A DNA stretch of 64,000 bases from IMG/VR virus record IMGVR_UViG_3300025009_000004, positions 1 to 64,000 of that record; one strand, written 5' to 3'. Below, one piece after another: positions 62,849 through 64,000 of this stretch. How positions within the stretch are numbered: position 1 is the stretch's first letter; each line of letters starts with the position of its first letter. The notes under the pieces were generated by a model, which was not told where the DNA came from, ran no database searches, and saw nothing but the letters and a program-made list of their open reading frames with translations. The DNA comes from a virus. The translations under genes were made by a program, and so were the position numbers.

Positions 62849-63385
62849 TTGGGCAAAGGAGTAAATATAATGGATATCAGAAAAAAAATAGATTGCCTTG
62901 GAACTAAATCAACAGAACACAACGATACTATCTGGGGTAACGAAATGATTCTCAAATTGACTGGTGAATCTAATATAGAAATCAAAATATTAGATAGCAA
63001 AGATGGACCTTTATCAATACAGAGCCATCCAAACAGTTGGGAGATATGGAAGATATTAGACATTGAACCTGGGGCATTTATAATAGGTGGATTAAAAGAA
63101 GAATATACCCGAACTACTAATGAGTTTTACGCTCATCAAAATAAAACTATTGTACCATTTTGCAATATTATCTTTCCTAAAGTTGGAGATACTTATTTAA
63201 TCCCAAAAGGCTTAATTCATGCTTTAGGAAAGGGAATAGTAGCATTAGAAATTAAACCATCTGTTAATAATAAAACAATTCGCATATACGATTGGGATAG
63301 AGCTAGAGAACAACAATCTCTTAAACTTGGGATAAAATGGTATGATGTATGTAATCAAAATGAGAAGATAATTCAGTTAAATTAA
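62849..63385 (+). CDS. Mannose-6-phosphate isomerase-like cupin
   Basis: LSIQSHP, E.W, IPKGLIHALG, T.RIYDWDR. Confidence 0.75.
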   Translation: MGKGVNIMDIRKKIDCLGTKSTEHNDTIWGNEMILKLTGESNIEIKILDSKDGPLSIQSHPNSWEIWKILDIEPGAFIIGGLKEEYTRTTNEFYAHQNKTIVPFCNIIFPKVGDTYLIPKGLIHALGKGIVALEIKPSVNNKTIRIYDWDRAREQQSLKLGIKWYDVCNQNEKIIQLN

Positions 63386-64000
63386 CGAAACTTTTCTACA
63401 TTAATTTCAAAATCATCAGTAGTTCTGTTAAATTTAACATGTATTAGCTTCTGGCCATTTGATAGCGGTTTAAAATATGCCTTCGCGGCGTATCCGCAAT
63501 CAGATGCCAGAGCAGACCAACCGCAAACATAATATTGTATTTTTTGAACTAATTGATATTTTTTATTTAAATAATATATTGGCATTTCAGAATCAGCAAC
63601 ATCATGAGTATGACCAGAGATGATTAAATCCGCGCCTGGACTACGGAAATGCATCGCCTGTAAGCGATTTATTTTGCTGCCCGCCGTCCCGCCGCCCCCC
63701 GCGCCATGCCCAGCATAGCCCTCCATCACATTACCATGTTTACATTGCAGTGCGAAATGATACTCTGGGCCATAGTAATCTACGCCAACATCGCCACAGA
63801 GAACTTCCATTAAGTCAAGCGTAGTAGCCTTCTCAACGCGGTTCGAATGATTGCCAGATAACATAAATAAAGTCTTATCTTTAACGCGACTCAACAATCC
63901 TTTAACTATTTTATATTGGTCGCTCATCATATATTTTTGTTCATGAACAGAGCCTTTACTCCCATAGATCGCGCACTCAAGTAAATCGCCAAGGCCAATA
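63382..64000 (-). CDS. Calcineurin-like metallophosphoesterase (5' end outside the window)
   Basis: Frame open to the window edge: GLGDLLE, SGNH, GHG, SGHTH. Confidence 0.85.
   Translation of the reverse strand, partial: IGLGDLLECAIYGSKGSVHEQKYMMSDQYKIVKGLLSRVKDKTLFMLSGNHSNRVEKATTLDLMEVLCGDVGVDYYGPEYHFALQCKHGNVMEGYAGHGAGGGGTAGSKINRLQAMHFRSPGADLIISGHTHDVADSEMPIYYLNKKYQLVQKIQYYVCGWSALASDCGYAAKAYFKPLSNGQKLIHVKFNRTTDDFEINVEKFR

Noticed and set aside
1-64000. Stop-codon reassignment
   Set aside because: Long conserved genes are intact in the standard code, TAG and TGA end genes, and no suppressor tRNA is present.

Overview
AT-rich segment of a large dsDNA bacteriophage genome. No capsid, tail or terminase genes are present in this window. 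Near-consensus sigma70/sigmaA promoters (TTGACA-N17-TAAAAT, often with an extended -10), strong AAGGAG ribosome-binding sites, a class III RNR and IS607-type TnpBs suggest an anaerobic, probably Bacillota-like host (inference). Layout: (i) 0.3-2.2 kb, an operon with a DIP1984/septicolysin-like coiled-coil gene, a 260-nt structured RNA candidate with internal TTAAAG-like repeats, and 8 tRNAs (Gln, 4 Ser, 3 Leu); (ii) 2.3-12.7 kb, small accessory genes on both strands; (iii) 12.7-15.8 kb, a largely non-coding region with palindromes, a dense GAATC/GATTC cluster and a ~630-nt multi-hairpin element with recurrent bulged-A GAC motifs; (iv) 15.8-30 kb, an array of small, probably early genes with two orphan DNA methyltransferases and a GIY-YIG nuclease; (v) 30.2-32 kb, a RepB-primase-like initiator with a predicted antisense RNA and an internal origin-like tract; (vi) two TnpB loci; (vii) 39-64 kb, replication, recombination and nucleotide metabolism genes (Sak4-like ATPase, DnaB, DnaE, ThyX, PD-(D/E)XK nuclease, RusA-like, dUTPase, SbcC-like, NrdD-redoxin fusion, NrdG, Ski2/Hel308-like helicase, domain-permuted DnaG). 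Best candidates for an undescribed system: the DIP1984-like protein plus repeat-RNA unit (391-1275) and the GAC-bulge multi-hairpin RNA (15190-15820). All family calls are from motif recognition by eye; no database search was run.
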